From NCBI RefSeq assembly GCF_006345805.1, contig NW_021837025.1, forward strand, positions 308,946 through 372,945: a DNA stretch of 64,000 bases. The letters are read 5' to 3'. Position 1 is the first letter of the stretch; every line of letters starts with the position of its first letter. Position numbers and translations under genes: made by a program. The DNA comes from Octopus sinensis (Eukaryota). The notes under the pieces were generated by a model. The model was given only the letters and a program-made list of their open reading frames with translations. It did no database searches and was not told the origin of the DNA. Shown here one piece after another: positions 46,811 to 60,759 of this stretch.

Positions 46811-47139
46811 GTTTTTAGTAATATCTAATGAAAAATTGTTAAATTAGATAAATTAAACAAACAAGTTTTTTCCTTCTGAGTGATCAGGCCAATGATCGTT
46901 CATCAAATGAATTTCTCAATCAAAAAGAAAAAAGTTTTTTGAGCCATCTCAAAAATTTAACTGATGATATGCAACTTAGGGATAACTTTAATTCGAATCC
47001 TCAACTAATTGGTATAATAACAGAGCACGTAGAATTACATCTTAAGTTGAAGAGGATAAGTATACACAGATTAGTACACAATTGTAAATGTAGTTTGGTT
47101 TGAGAAATTAAGATTGGAAAAAATAGTTGATTAGAAATT

Positions 47140-47683
47140 TTAACTAGTTGGTCGTGGAATGGGATGGAACTTTTTTACAAACTCGATATAGTCGAGATTA
47201 CCATCCACGTCTGGTTCAGTGACCTTAAGGAAGGTTCCGATCTCATCGGCGTTGTACTCCTCTCCCACAGTTGTCAAGACATGCCGAAGGAGGTCGGTTT
47301 GAATGAACCCATCTCCTTCTTTATCGATAACTCGAAAGGCAGCTAAAATTTCTCTTATTTTTTCTGGTTTTCTGTCGAGGCTTTGAAGAGCAAAAACCAG
47401 ATCAGGAAATTTAACAACTCCGTTTTCTAGGATTAAACGTTTAAATAACTTTTCAACAATAATTCTTCACATAAGATTTTTATTTGGCGTTCCTTTGGGT
47501 TGTATCCGCACATTCTCATCACCTGAGGGAGCTCAGCGATGGTTATCGAGTCATCCTCTGACTTGGAGGAATATAATTTGAAATTCTGTCGAAACCCTGA
47601 GTACTGAATTTTAAAAATTCACATTGAAGTTCTTCTTCCACGAAATAATCAGAAACAGGGCTCTGTTGACTAACATTCGTCAT
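47140..47683 (-). CDS. Calmodulin-like EF-hand protein, right-arm copy
   Basis: Mirror of 7430-7973. Confidence 0.85.
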
Positions 47684-48056
47684 TTTTCTATGGAAATAAA
47701 TTTAGCTATTAAATTATTTAATAATCATTTTCTTGCATTACAATTAAATATATTATTTAAAAATATAAAAAAATAAAGAGACAAGACATTTCTAAATAAT
47801 CAAATTTACTAAAATTGTCGAAAATAAATCTCGAATAAATATTAGCTAAAATAAATTTAGATCTCAGAAGATACGTCAAACCATGTAATGATTTATTTTA
47901 ATGTGACTAAAGATAGATATTCAAAGACGAATAAGAAATGTAAGATTTAAGTTAAATATAAACAACAGTTTGTTAGTTTGAATAGTATTATAAATTATTT
48001 ATTTTTAAAATATTTTAATTTAAAAATTATATACACGTTATTGGTTTAGTGGTGTC

Positions 48057-49895
48057 ATGAGTAATAGTCATCAAATATTCGATAAGTTAGTAAAAAAATA
48101 CAATATTTTATAATAAAGGTTGCTTTCAAAAGAATCACAAAATAATGAAATATCGAACTACGAAATCAATGATATTGACCTCGATCCAGCCCATCATTCC
48201 TTGATGCTCAAAAAACTTAAAGCCGACGTTCAAAAACCAAAAAAACCCGAAATAATACAACGAACTGAGGCAGGAAAAAAAATATCAGAACACGGAATAC
48301 CACCAAGTACACATTCAATCAAAAATACGAATTTCAGGTGAACAAATCACCCTAACAGACCTAATTTCAACCAAAACGGCACAAAAGCACGCCTTACGAC
48401 CCATTCCACCTCCAAAACCTAAAAAAACTTTATCAACGAACCAAAAAAGAAAGGTCCCTCAAAAATAGTAAAAAATAGACCGAAAGACAAGCTTTGTATG
48501 AACGAGCAAAGCAGGATGTGAATTTATGGCAACCCACTGTCGATATGAATAGAAAGGTTTGGAAATACCCCAATTCCTAGTCCGACCAAGTTGTGTACCC
48601 TCTGGAACACGTGATCCCCAGAAATGAGAGGATTGACCCCTACAAGGCACTATGTCGGACTGAGGACTGTGAAATGGAGAGGGAAATCCAATCAGTGCTT
48701 TCAGCTAACAAAAATACAGTCAAATCAGCTTTGACTCTCACAAAAAATGAAAGAAAGGTCCTAAAGGCAATGGATGTTGAAAGCGCTCGAAAAATGCAGT
48801 CAGAATTGGCCCGTCTTCGGTCACTTCAAGCAAAATATGAAAAGAAGGCGAAATGGGCCAAGAAAATCAAAAGTAAAAGTTACCGCCGCATTACTCGGCA
48901 CGAGAAGAGGAAGAAAGATGAGAGGACCCTGGGAAACCTCAAGGAACAGGACCCTGAGGAGTTTTCCCGACGTGTTCTCCAACTCCGAACTGACCGAATG
49001 AAGGAAAGAATGAGTTTGAAGCACTCAGCGTCCACAAAATATGCACATAACCAAAAAATGTATGCCAAATACAACGAAAGTGTATGTGAAATATTAATTT
49101 GGAGGCTCGGGAGTTTATTTCTCAAATGAGTTCAAAGAAGAGAGATTTGGTGGATAGGACGGGGGCGTGGGAGGACGAGAGGGCTGAAATGAACCGCTGT
49201 TTGGACGAGACGGAGATATATAAGCCAGTGGTTGCCCCGAAGGAGTCGAAGAGGGGTTGGGACGAGGAGGAATTTGTCAACAAAGAACTGACTATTCCAG
49301 TATTTTTATTATGTGAGAGTAGGAGCCAATAATTGATGTTGGGAGGAGTAGTCTCAAGTTGGGGGACTTTAGTGTGGAGACTGGGATGTCCGTGTGTCCC
49401 AATGAGCAGCCAAACTTTGAGGATATTGCTGGGAATGTGACATATGGAGTCGATGTGGTCGGGGAGTTCAAGGATGAGAAGCAGAAAGTTGTTGAAGACG
49501 AGAAAGAAAGAGATTTGGAGGCTTTTCTTCCTGGGTGGAATTCGTGGGCTGGCCCTGGAATTAAGAAAAATAAAAAACGTGAGTCTCAGTATACTGTGAA
49601 AGCGCGGGAAAATCCTCGCCGTGATTCTGGGTTTGGGAATGTGATCATATCAAAGAAACAGCCTACATTTGAGGGGCATCGAGTTGTGATAATTTATGTT
49701 AGTTGTTAGGTAAGACACGTTCCCTTCCCGTTTTTGAGTGTTGCCCAGTTTGAGGCGAGTTTGAGGACTCCGATTGACCGAACGTGGGTGCCGGAGAGTG
49801 CATTTAGGAAAATGATCAAATCGAGGGTTGTCACTAAATCGGGAACCATCATCCAGCCCATTTGCAAGAAAGCTGTCAGACCTAATCGAACGTGA
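48057..49895 (+). CDS. UTP14: UTP14, right-arm copy
   Basis: Mirror of 5213-7051; ORF-track translations are identical except the first exon (MSNSH vs MSKSH). Confidence 0.93.
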
Positions 49896-51389
49896 TTATA
49901 TTTTCTCCATTTTAATGAAAATTGTTTTATACTGTCAATTAATTTACTTTCTTCAATAGTTCTGCTGTTAGTGTTCCTGGACAATTTTAAACTCTTTGCT
50001 AGTATTTGTTGACATTACAAAACTCATTTATAATCTGGTTTCGAGATTCTTTTGGATCGATATGTATAATTCTGACGGAATCAAATAATGTCGAACCTAA
50101 TTAGCTTTATGTGAACGACATTCGGGTGATTTGTGCTGAACAATGAATTAACTTGGTCTTAAATTTACTTTATAGTTCTGGTAACGACAAAATGGCACTA
50201 AATAGAATTGGACTTGTACGGGAAACTCCGGAAAGCGGTTGCAATCTTTTTAGGCGACAGAAAGTCGATTTTTCCAGCTGTGTCCTAAATAATTTTTTGC
50301 TATGAAAAACTTTCTACAAAATTATAAAAAGTGCACTACAGTACGCCCCCAGTTGAGGGCAGACCTCAGGGGTGGTCCACTTTCGGTTTTGGGGCACCCA
50401 CGCATTTTGGGGCAGTTTTTAAAAATAGTCAATTTTTCAATATATTATTTATTTTTGATGACCCTGGTATGGGGCACATATTTAATTTATTTAAAATTAC
50501 AAATGGTACTATCATTTTAAGTTTTATTTTTATTCTTGTATTGTTCTTAAAAAGAATTCAAATAATTTTTTAATTACAGTTACTATTTCTCGCATTAAAC
50601 AAAATTTTGCTTGTTATTTTTATGTGGGATTAACTGAATGTGATCGAAACGAGGAATTATACGATCCAAATAATCAATCTTTTACACAAGATAAATCGTC
50701 TTCACTAGATAGATGAGTTTTTGAAACTTCTACGTTTGAGAAATGAATTTTTTCCAATTCTTAAAACCATGTTGAAACTTATTGCAATACAAATTTTTCA
50801 CACATAATAAATTACGAATTATTTAAAGCATCAAATGGATGGCTCGACCAGTTCAAAAAGAACTCAAGTTGCTATTCAAAACTATAATTGGAGAAAAGAA
50901 TTCGTCTAACCTTTTTTCAATATTCAAAAATGCCTGGAACTATGCGGGTTGTGAAGCTCAGCAAAGAAATTCTTGAAAAAATCAAAAAATCAGAGGAAAC
51001 CAAGAAGAACACACATTAGACGACAATCCCAACAGAAAACAACGATTTAGGCTAAATGAAATTCCAGGAGTAATTAATAAATGTGTTTATTGCCAAGCAA
51101 ATATTAATTCTATAATGTTAGGCTAAGAAATTAATGACGATTAAGCCACAAATAACGCTAATCAATCATCGGTTAGGATTTGAGTTAGGGATAGGGATGG
51201 GCAAAGCTCCCATAGAGTTATGGATTAGGGTTAGGAGTAGGCGAAGCTTTTATATGGAATCTAGAATTTTTTTCTATTTTATAATGTAAATTTTAATTAT
51301 TATCTCGATTTTAACGGATTTTTTACAATTTTAAATCATTATTTGATGTTGGTTTTTCGAAATCCTGCTTTTTTCAACAGGTACCAAAA

Positions 51390-52127
51390 TTATTAAAAAT
51401 GTGTTTAAAGTGAGACTTGGAAAAAATTAACGTGTATTTTGTATGGCAATATTGCTTAAAATTTGAAAGTGTCCATTTATCCGACTGTGACATATATTAA
51501 TTTAAAAGTTCAAATCTCCTCGGTGTTTAAAAAATCTTAATGAATTCGACAAATATTATTAGGACAAAATCACTTATGATGAATATGAATCAACAAATCA
51601 TCAATTAAGGAGTCATAAACATCATGAATTCTCTAGAAGATAATATTGTTAGTACATTCCCACAAAGTTTAAAATTCTATTAAGAATTTCAAAAAAACCT
51701 ACCAGGAGAACTGGAAAAAAACCAATTCGGTGGGGAAATTACTGATTATTTTTAATAGAATTTTTTTGTTGGACGCAATTTCTGGCTTTATCAGCACAAG
51801 ATGAACAACTAATTACGCATGGCCAACTGTTTACACTTTTTGACATTGTGAAAGTCAAACTAAAATTTGGACATAATGGAGTATCCAGACACTGGTGTTG
51901 CGGAAGTCCTTGGAGACCATGCACGCCGAGACAAGGCACTGGTTATTAATAGTTGTGGAGGAGGTATCCTAAATCTAGATTTTTTTAACTTGGACGCAAT
52001 TGAAAACTTGAGTATTTTAATTTCGCAATTCGATTTGAAGTATTTTTATGAGAGTTTAGACAAATTCAAAATTGATTTTTATCCGATTGATGAAAACTCA
52101 GCTTACTGTGAATGTCCACATTACTAA
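51390..52127 (+). CDS. Possible micro-intron gene of unknown function, right-arm copy with open 3' exon
   Basis: ORF 51867-52127 stays open (YPDTGVAEVLG...AYCECPHY*); the upstream exon joins are tentative. Confidence 0.33.
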
Positions 52128-52542
52128 ATACAAATTTAGTGCCAAAAATAAAATATACATAGATAACTTTGTTCAAAAAAAGATATTTGTTGCAGTTTGA
52201 TAAATTCGAGTTGCCATTCTATTTAAATTCTGAAATAATTAACAATTTATCCAAAAATCAAGTTGATGAAAAAAAGCATTTTTATTTAAATATGCCAAAG
52301 GAGATACCCGTAGATTAAAAATAATTAGTTATGAAATTTATTGTCAAAATTATTATTTGAAGGTAAAATGTAACCAGTTTCCCACGTGTATTCATTCCTT
52401 CATATCACATCTTAGACTTTCTAAGAGATTAGTAATATTTTACAAGCTAAAAGACTTTAACTTTATAAAAAATGATTATAAATTATGTTTCTAATTATAT
52501 ATATCTTAATTTTCTGAGATTAAATTGTTTAAATCACTTAAA

Positions 52543-53144
52543 ATGGATCAACGTCTGGTTTTTGTGACTGTGGGTACAACAAATTTTGACTCTCTAATTA
52601 CTGCTGTTTTATCTGAAAATTTTAATAAAGTCAGATAATAAAATACATTTAATAGTACCTAAATACAAATAAATTCACTAAAATAATAATTCAACATGGA
52701 AATTCAATTTTTAAAAACTTCAAAAATAACCTCACAAACATCGAACTTGAAGCCTACAAGTAAAACAAAATACTAAATTGAGCAGTTTTAAACCATCCAT
52801 TCGAGCAGACATCGAGTCCGCCCATCTGGTTATCAGTCACGGAGGTTATCCAATTCCAGAAATTAGTAAGGCGCGGGAACAATCCTGGAAACATTGAATG
52901 CGGGAATACCACTGCTGGTGGTGGTAAATGAGTCCTTATACGACAACCACCAGCTCGAACTAGCCCAGAAATTGAGAGAGGATAACTACATATTCTATAC
53001 TACTCTCACGTATGATATCAAATACTCATATTTAGTCATTTTTTTGATTTTATTAATCAAATGGACTTGTCTACTCTGGAATACTACCAAAATGGAGATT
53101 CCTCGCTTTTTTTCAAACATATCGAAAAACTTGTTAGATATTGA
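52543..53144 (+). CDS. ALG13: ALG13, right-arm copy
   Basis: Mirror of 1935-2536; the two last-exon differences checked are synonymous (CTG/CTT and CTT/CTA Leu). Confidence 0.92.
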
Positions 53145-53252
53145 ATTGACTGTTCTATTTCTGACACTCACTTTACATATTATTCCAATACTTTCTGATG
53201 TTATCATAAAGTTATATAAATTGTCAAAAAAATGTTCAATTGGATATCAAAA

Positions 53253-54016
53253 TCATAATTTAGTGAGAATCGTGACATATGCAGAATCGACTGTTAGATA
53301 TTTAGTTTTTTGCAATTTCCGAACAATTCTGTCCCAATAAAGGTCATTCCCCAACTTATGAGCCAATGGGACATTCCCCTCACTTTCCACCATTCTTATG
53401 GTCTAAGATGCTTACTCACATCCATACCTTCCTTCTCAAACGAGTCAGTTTCATTCTGTGTTTATTACTGCCGTTTAGAATAGATTGAGCCACATTGGTG
53501 GCCACATGTGAGTCCTTTGGTGGCTTCTCAGTCTGAATATTCGATTGGGGGACACTCGCTGGTTGTGCAGACACAATCTCCCAAATCTGGTCCACCGTGG
53601 ATGGTTCCCGACAGGAAAAAGTAGAGAAAATAAAATTCTGAGTTTTTAGGGGGTAAATACACGGAAAGCACGTTCTTTGGTGGGGAGGTTGGGTACTTGT
53701 TTTAAACGTCGGAATATTTGGAGGAGGGAGGTGGGGTCAGGGTTTTCGAGGTATGAAGAAATGTTCTAAAAATCAGGTGAGGAGATAACTCGTAGAAATA
53801 TATCTTTTTTGAGATTTGGTTTTTTGGGCTGGTCTGAACTACAACAATCGTGTTGGGCGAAATTATTGAGACTGGAATATTCAAATATGGCAAGGACTTT
53901 AGATTAATGCCACACTGAATGCAAGAAATTGAATTTACACTGCATTCCGTCCGATGACCATTTACTTGTCGTTTTTGTAAGGAAGAACCACACACATCAC
54001 AAACAAAAATGACCAT
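53253..54016 (-). CDS. LYAR: LYAR, right-arm copy
   Basis: Mirror of 1063-1826. Confidence 0.85.
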
Positions 54017-54261
54017 CTTTAAAACACGTTTTTTTAGAAATATTAAACTAAATAAATTAGTAATTTTTTTAATTATTACTTTTTATTATATTCAATTTTT
54101 AATTATACAAATAAATTACACGACATTCCTTTGTAAAATGGATCAAATACTTTTTTTTATTAGTCAATAAATTGTTATAAATATTTTTTAATTATTATAA
54201 TAATATAATTATTGATTGGTAAACTAAAATTGAAAATAAATATTTTATAAAGTGTTATAAA

Positions 54262-57200
54262 ATGCATCGTGATATTGTTTCTGAGGTGGTCCAACATTTA
54301 GACCTATTCAAAAATCCTACATCTGACCCCTCTAAGATGATGATTTCCACAAAGGTTAGCCAATAATATTAAACCCAAGTATCTGGAAAATTTACTTGTC
54401 TACCCAGATTCATACAACATCGGCAAAAGCCTTCTCCAATACGGTGATCCCCTAGTCAGTGCTTTTGGACTAAAGTTAATGACCGCCAATATAAAGTCCC
54501 CTCCCCTCACCAATGCAGCGGAATGTCAATAGAAAACATAATCGAGGACGTGTCCCCTATTTTAGGCAACCCAGACTGTCTCTCTAACAATATTCTGAGT
54601 GACTCCCTCAGTCGTCTGGTGGCCAAAATGTCTTTAAACTCAGCCAATGTCTCCATCGGGCATATCCTCATTAATCTACGAGAGAAAATGCCCCATTTTA
54701 AGGCAGGTCGGATAAATCATATTTCAGAACTTGTTTGACTCAGTAGTCTGCAAAGCATTCGTTCAGGTCGTGGAGGAGGCCTATAAGGGTCCTTCTTCCA
54801 CTCATTTGAACACTCAAATACTAATAATTCTGGACCATTATCTCAATATTACTCCCCAATCTATATCTAAAGACAATTTGTACTGTCTGAGTCGATATAT
54901 TGACAAATGTCCACTTTCTATGTACAAAAGTCAGTCCACTAAACTCACACTTGTGGTGGATGTGATGTATAATGTCCATTTGACTGAGTCGGCCATCGAC
55001 TGTCTGGTCTCCTTCTTTACTTCCAAGGAGGTTTGGGTATTTATATATGGATAGAGTGAGTGTCTGTCGATAACTCGATATTTGTTTCAGTCACATGAGA
55101 GACACTGTTCTTTTTTGAGTAGATTTGGTGGTTGGTTGGGGGATGTTTCCCTGGACTATTCACTCCTTAAGAAATACGCTTATTTCATTTCAGAGGCGGT
55201 TTCTGCCTTTAGAAATAGGATTGTGGTGACAAAGGGAGATCCCCCACACGTCTATTCTCCATTTCTCAACACAATTCAAGTTCTGATTGAAGTACTCCTG
55301 AATTGTCGGTCCATGGTTGGAGTGTGTCAATAATTCTATAGAAAGTGTCGATGTGTGCAGTTGAAGCATTCACTTATCTTGTTTTGAATAGAAGGGGGTC
55401 TCCTGTTATATCCGGTTATGTGTGCGAGGTGGTGATGAACGGTGGGCTGTTGAAACGGATTTTATATTCTTATTTTTATGTTGGTGTGGTTGTATATTTC
55501 AGCCTGAGTTTGAGAGGGGGAATTTGTGGATGGATGTGAGTGTCTTTGCGACTGATTTTGTGACTGAGGAGGACTATAATGAGTTTTGCAGAGGTTTGGG
55601 TTGTCTGTGACCCTTAGAATATGGCTTGAATATAGAGCACATGCTGCATGGAGTGCACAAGATGAATCCTCAATATCTCAATTCTGTATTTATATCAGTT
55701 ATTCAGGATATATTTGGGAATTACAATTTGAAAAGTAATAGTGTTGGTCGATTGGTAGATTCTGTCAGTTCGACTGTGAGTTTGCTGTCAAAAGTGACTG
55801 TTTTGTGCAGGATTTGTCTGCTGGACAAGTCATTCCATCCTACTGACGAGAATGAGAGGTCAGTGCTGCATCAAATATTCAAATATTTGTGTCAGTATTT
55901 GAAATGTGAATCCTGTGAGCACTGTGTGGGAGTACAGTCAATTTGGTGTCCTCAAAGAATGTCTCCGAATGTTCTAGAATGTTCTATATTGTAGTATATG
56001 GGACTGGTTGTCCATACTTTCACTACTCTTGCTGTGATTGCCAACAGTCCATATTCTGACCCTCCAATGGTCGACCTGGTCTTCGATACTGTTGATTGTG
56101 TGGGAATAGTGTAGATGATAGGCATGTATGGAATGTTTGAGTTGGTCGTGACTGATTTGGACAGTTTTGTGGCCAAGACCAGTCTGTCCAAGTTGTGTCG
56201 TTCAATCGTTGACTTTGTGTCCTCCAACAAGGCTCAGCTTTTTGTATTCGGAGGGATATTACTTTAGAACTCGAAAATTGACACAATCACTGTATTTCTG
56301 ACTCGTCTGCTCTCCCCCGAGTCATTGATGGCTAAAATGCCAATTTCCTACCCGTCCACACTGATTGAGATGTTGTTTGTAGTCATGTACTATTCTATAT
56401 ACACCCTAGCAAGCTGTATGAGGACAAATCCGTGATAAAACAGGCCTACAGTTTCTACTTTCTGCCTTATGTGGATGGATTCCTGTCGTCGGAGGAATAC
56501 AACAAGTAAGTTAATGGTTAACCAGACTATGCTGTAATCAAAACTCATTCCCTGCCTTCATGGAGGGATCAGTCGACGGTCGTTGTGAGAGGGTAGACAC
56601 ATTCACTAGCAGTAGTTGAATATTCTGCTCGAAGTCATCCACATATTCCTCACAATCGTGACTGAGGACTTGGGGGAGGAATTCGGGAATAGCATGGCTC
56701 GTCTTGTCTTAATGTGTATGCAGTTGGCACGGTATTGTCTTGCTTGCACGTGCAGTTCGGTGGCCTCTCTGTGGCAGGTCATTCGGGGTGACTGTGGAAA
56801 TACATTCTCCCTACTGGTGGAGGACGATACTGGTCTGCACTACACACGCAATTATCTGCACAAACTGTATTGACTGGCTTTACTTTAGATTGATGATTAT
56901 TAATCTGATTGAGAGCAAGTTTGAATTCGACCGACAGTTTTTCTTTGCTTTCATGACGAATCGACTACTGCCTTGCATACTCAGAACTAGTCACGTGGAT
57001 ATTTCTGTGTTCATACGTAAGGCACTGTGTTCTACTATAGGGGTTTTGTTGACTCCCCTGGTCATTCGGTATTCCGCCACGTCGGACGTGTTTGCCTTCA
57101 AGATTGCCCACATATTCATATATTGCATAATTGATGTAGTCTTGTGGGGTGATTGTAGATAATCATGGTTGCCAACCAGGAGGAATTCCTTAATGCTGTG

Positions 57201-57891
57201 ACTGAAAATAGATTTCAATCTTTTCTTAAATGTTTTCTCAAGTTTATAAGTAATCGTGTTTTCATTACTTTACAGACCTTGTCGTGTTTGCCATTAAGGA
57301 AGAAGACTCGGTCGATGACTTGAATAAAATGTTCCACACCAGTTGTACAATTCTATCTCCCCCCTCAACCATCCAACCACACCTCAGGACTAACAAAATG
57401 TCACAAATTGGAGTCGCATTTCTAACTAAGGTTGTTTTTAAGTTTATTTCAGCACGTGGATAAACTGTTTGGATTTGTTATTTTCCTGGTGGAGTACATC
57501 CCGTCCGAGTACGTATCACTTCGGGGGGCGTTCATAAATTTGATTGAGCAGGTCGTTAGAAATGTACTTGTCTTTGTTATTGTAGTATTCTTTGGATCCC
57601 CCGTTCGTTGTTTTCGCCTTCAAGTCACTGTCCACGTTGCATCCTCTACTGCAGGAGGGAGAGGAGGTGAGGAGAATAGAACACGTGGTGATTAACTTTA
57701 TTGACAGATTTGTAAGCTAGTGTTAGTTTGATGTGTAGAATGGTCCTCTTTTGCCGTATTGGTATGAGTATTTGGGTTATCTGTCGGAGACGGAGACTGA
57801 GGTATTGGAACACTTTCGGCAGAACATGTCTTCCTTGTCTCGTCATGATAAACTGGTTCAAGTTAAATTCATATTGCGTGTTATCCGGTGA
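54262..57891 (+). CDS. Large many-exon helical-repeat protein, putative karyopherin-beta (exportin-5-like)
   Basis: About 3.6 kb of exons joined by GT-AG micro-introns, ending KFILRVIR* (TGA at 57889-57891). The N-terminus (AFGLKLM..., NILSDSLSRLVAKM) weakly resembles exportin-5 (HFGLQIL, HIKDALSRIVVEM). Gene presence is well supported; identity is weak. Confidence 0.5.
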
Positions 57892-57963
57892 TTTCTGCTT
57901 CTGTGATCATGTGCGATGGAAAATATTTTTGTGTGTTTTTAATTTTACACATTTTATTTACAA

Positions 57964-60750
57964 TCAATGATGTGTTTGTTTTAGGCCCAAGTACTTTGTT
58001 TTAAAAAAGAATTTTACAAGTGCCTTCCACTCTGGAATAACCTCCATGTCAGTCAGTCGGACATTTAAAGGAATTAAGCAAGTTCGATTAGAGTCTTTAT
58101 GGATTATATCTAGCAATGGGGACCAGGCATTCTGTCGACAAAGTGAAAAAGGCGAGAAACAAAAGCTTCTGTTCATAAAATCCCGTATTCTTCGAGTCGA
58201 AACAAAGCCAGTTACCAGGAATTCGACAACAACGAAAATTAAGTCAGTTCTCTCATGTTCGAACAAATTTGAATCACATTTGAACAAATCAGCTTTTTGT
58301 TTCCTTCGGGAATTCTTTTCGACTTTTTTGTCGACACACTCTTTCATAATAGAGGATAAATCTTAAATAAAGTCGCTGAGTTCATAAAATGAGACCAACT
58401 ATATTTTGTGTACTGACAGATGGGCGAGAGACACGATTGTACATTCTAACATTTCAGGACTCTCCCCTCGAAGTGCTAGTATAAATAGTCGCAGCATTTG
58501 GAGACAGTACATTGTGCCCATATCTACACTCATGAAGCTTTCGGATACGTCGGATTTGTCCTTTAAGAACCTAGAATTGTAGAATGGTGAGCACTCGTAA
58601 GAGTCGTTCAACAATGTGCAGTAGATAACCGAAAAGCCCTGCCTGGAAAACCCGAAAGTATTTCCGTCCTTCTTTGTGAATAAAATACGTTGTTTCTGGC
58701 CTTCCAAATACATATTAGTAAGTCACTTGTAGATGTTGGTTTTGAATTGTTGTATAGAGCTACGAGACGCAAATGGATGAGGTGGACTGCAGTTGAAAAG
58801 ACAGGCGACTCTTTCGAGTTATGCAGAAGAATCGAGTGGAGAAGTTGGCCTCATACCCAATTCACAAGGATAAAATAGTTATATTCGACACTCGAAAAAC
58901 TCGGATAGAAAGCCCGGAAATATGTTCAACAACTCTTTGTCGATTTGAAGTTAATTCTTACACAAGTCAACTCATCTGCGACAACTAGCAATTGACAGCC
59001 GAGCTGTTTGGACGAATTCTCCGGAAAAGTTAAAAAAAGAGCTGTACTTTCGATTGAACTAATGAAACAAGTGTCTACTACTGTGGCTTTCGACAAATAA
59101 TATACAGTAAAACCTCTGGTGCTCGCCACCTCTGTTACTCGCCACCTCTATTGCTCGCCACATATTTTTCAAAAAATTAAAAATTTCTAGTAAATTTTGA
59201 TAAATATTCTATTGCTCGCCATTTTCTAAATCTCGCCATTAATTTTTAAAAATATTTTTTTTGGTTAAACTATTTTTTATATAAAATATTTCAACCAGGC
59301 TGAATTTAACATACGTAAGTGCTAAAGATTGTCTTTTAATGGAAAACGTCGCATTCTTGCGTATATGGAGGAGAACAAAAGTCTCACGATGGACCGTATA
59401 GCAGTTGAGCAGTTGATCAGAAACAAGAAATTGATGCATTTACTTCTTTGATCTCTGCAAAGATTCAACAATATAATGCTGAAAACATTTATAACGCTGA
59501 TGAAACTGGGATTTTTTACAAATCTATCCCTTCAAAAAGTGTTTGTCAGAAGGTTCGACATGGACATAAAATCCTTAAAGAACGGTTTAATTTTTATTTA
59601 TTTTTTAGATTTTCTTTGTTGCTATGCTCAAATATGACTGGGACAGACAAAAAAATTCCACTTATGATTGGAAAGTTCCAGAAACCTCGCTGCTTTAAAA
59701 ATTTTAAAGTCGAAAATTTTGTCGATTACTGTCATTCACCAAAAGCATGGATGACAAGTAAAATTTTTAACGAATGGCTTCTAACATAAGATAGGCATCT
59801 AAAAAAACGAAAAATTCTTTTAGTTGTGGATCGATGCCCATCCCATAAACTTTACGCTGATTTACAGTCAATTGAAGTTCTTTACCTACCTTCGAAGACT
59901 ACAACAATTCTACAACCAATGAATCAAGGAATCATTAGATCCTTCAAAGGACATTTTAATAAACTTAAATTTGAGTTTATGTTAGAAAAAATTGAAAATG
60001 GAGAAAATCCACTGGAAGCTCATAAAAAAATAACTTTAAAAGACGGTCTTCTTTTTACATATTTTGCCTGGAAAAAAGTAACGACCAAAAACAATTACAA
60101 ATTGTTTTGGACATTCAAAATGGATCGAATGTGAAAATCAATTCGAAAGACCAACTGTTGAAATTGATAATTATGATCAAATGGTAAATATCTTGAAAAT
60201 ATTGGACCCGGTGGATAAAGATGATTTTATTAATCATGAATTTACCGAAATAGATGAAATTGAAGATTACCTTAATATTGCTGGAGATTCTTTTCCACAC
60301 AAATATGACGATGAAGATACTCATAATGACGAATCTCATGTGACTTCAGAAGAGGCTTTGAAAATGTTGAAAAGAATAAAGTCATTCTTTTATCAAAATG
60401 AAAATTTTGATATAAATTCGTTGGAACTAATCGAAACCGTTATTAAAAATATGGCTGAATTAAAAAAAACTATTAAAGATTTTTTAGTTAATTTTTTCCT
60501 TTTAATTTCTTTCGATTCTCTTTGTTTCTTTGCTCAAATATGACTTGGAAGGCTCACTTATGATCGGAAAGTATCGAAAACGGAGATGTTTTCAAAATTT
60601 CAATGTCAACAAATTTATTGATTATTTCTATTGCTCGCCAAATTCTATTGCTCGCCATTTTTTCTTCGGTCCCGAAAATGGCGAGCACCAGAGGTTTTAC
60701 TGTATGTTGTAGTGGAATATGTCTACATGGACATTGAACATAATGCTCAT
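57964..60750 (-). CDS. Multi-exon gene of unknown function, first exon apparently split by a pogo insertion
   Basis: Successive minus-strand ORFs at 57964-59100. Removing the pogo and one TA restores MSIMFNVHVDIFHYNIYYLSKATVVDTCF from ATG 60750. No family recognised. Confidence 0.4.
59105..60702 (+). mobile_element. pogo/Tigger-like transposon (family B variant), internally deleted and inactive
   Basis: Perfect TIR CAGTAAAACCTCTGGTGCTCGCCA with TA on both sides; CTCGCCA subterminal arrays; NADETG and VDRCPSH present, third Asp changed (LQPMNQG); CENP-B HTH region absent; internal stop. Confidence 0.93.
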
Positions 60751-60759
60751 GGACTATAC

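Larger units (their letters stand above)
41682..55078. repeat. Right arm of the inverted duplication
   Basis: Reverse complement of 1-14722. Paired coordinates sum to about 55079 at the outer end, 55108-55153 in the middle and about 56404 at the inner end; the shifts reflect indels and a LINE present only in the left arm. Confidence 0.97.

Noticed and set aside
1-55078. Fold-back (hairpin) sequencing chimera as the cause of the inverted repeat
   Set aside because: The arms are separated by 27 kb of unique sequence and differ by synonymous SNPs, repeat order and a TSD-flanked insertion. Haplotype mis-joining is not excluded.
59105-59240. Repeated CTCGCCA motifs (also 25040-25150) as CRISPR or regulatory array
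   Set aside because: They are subterminal repeats inside pogo TIR regions.
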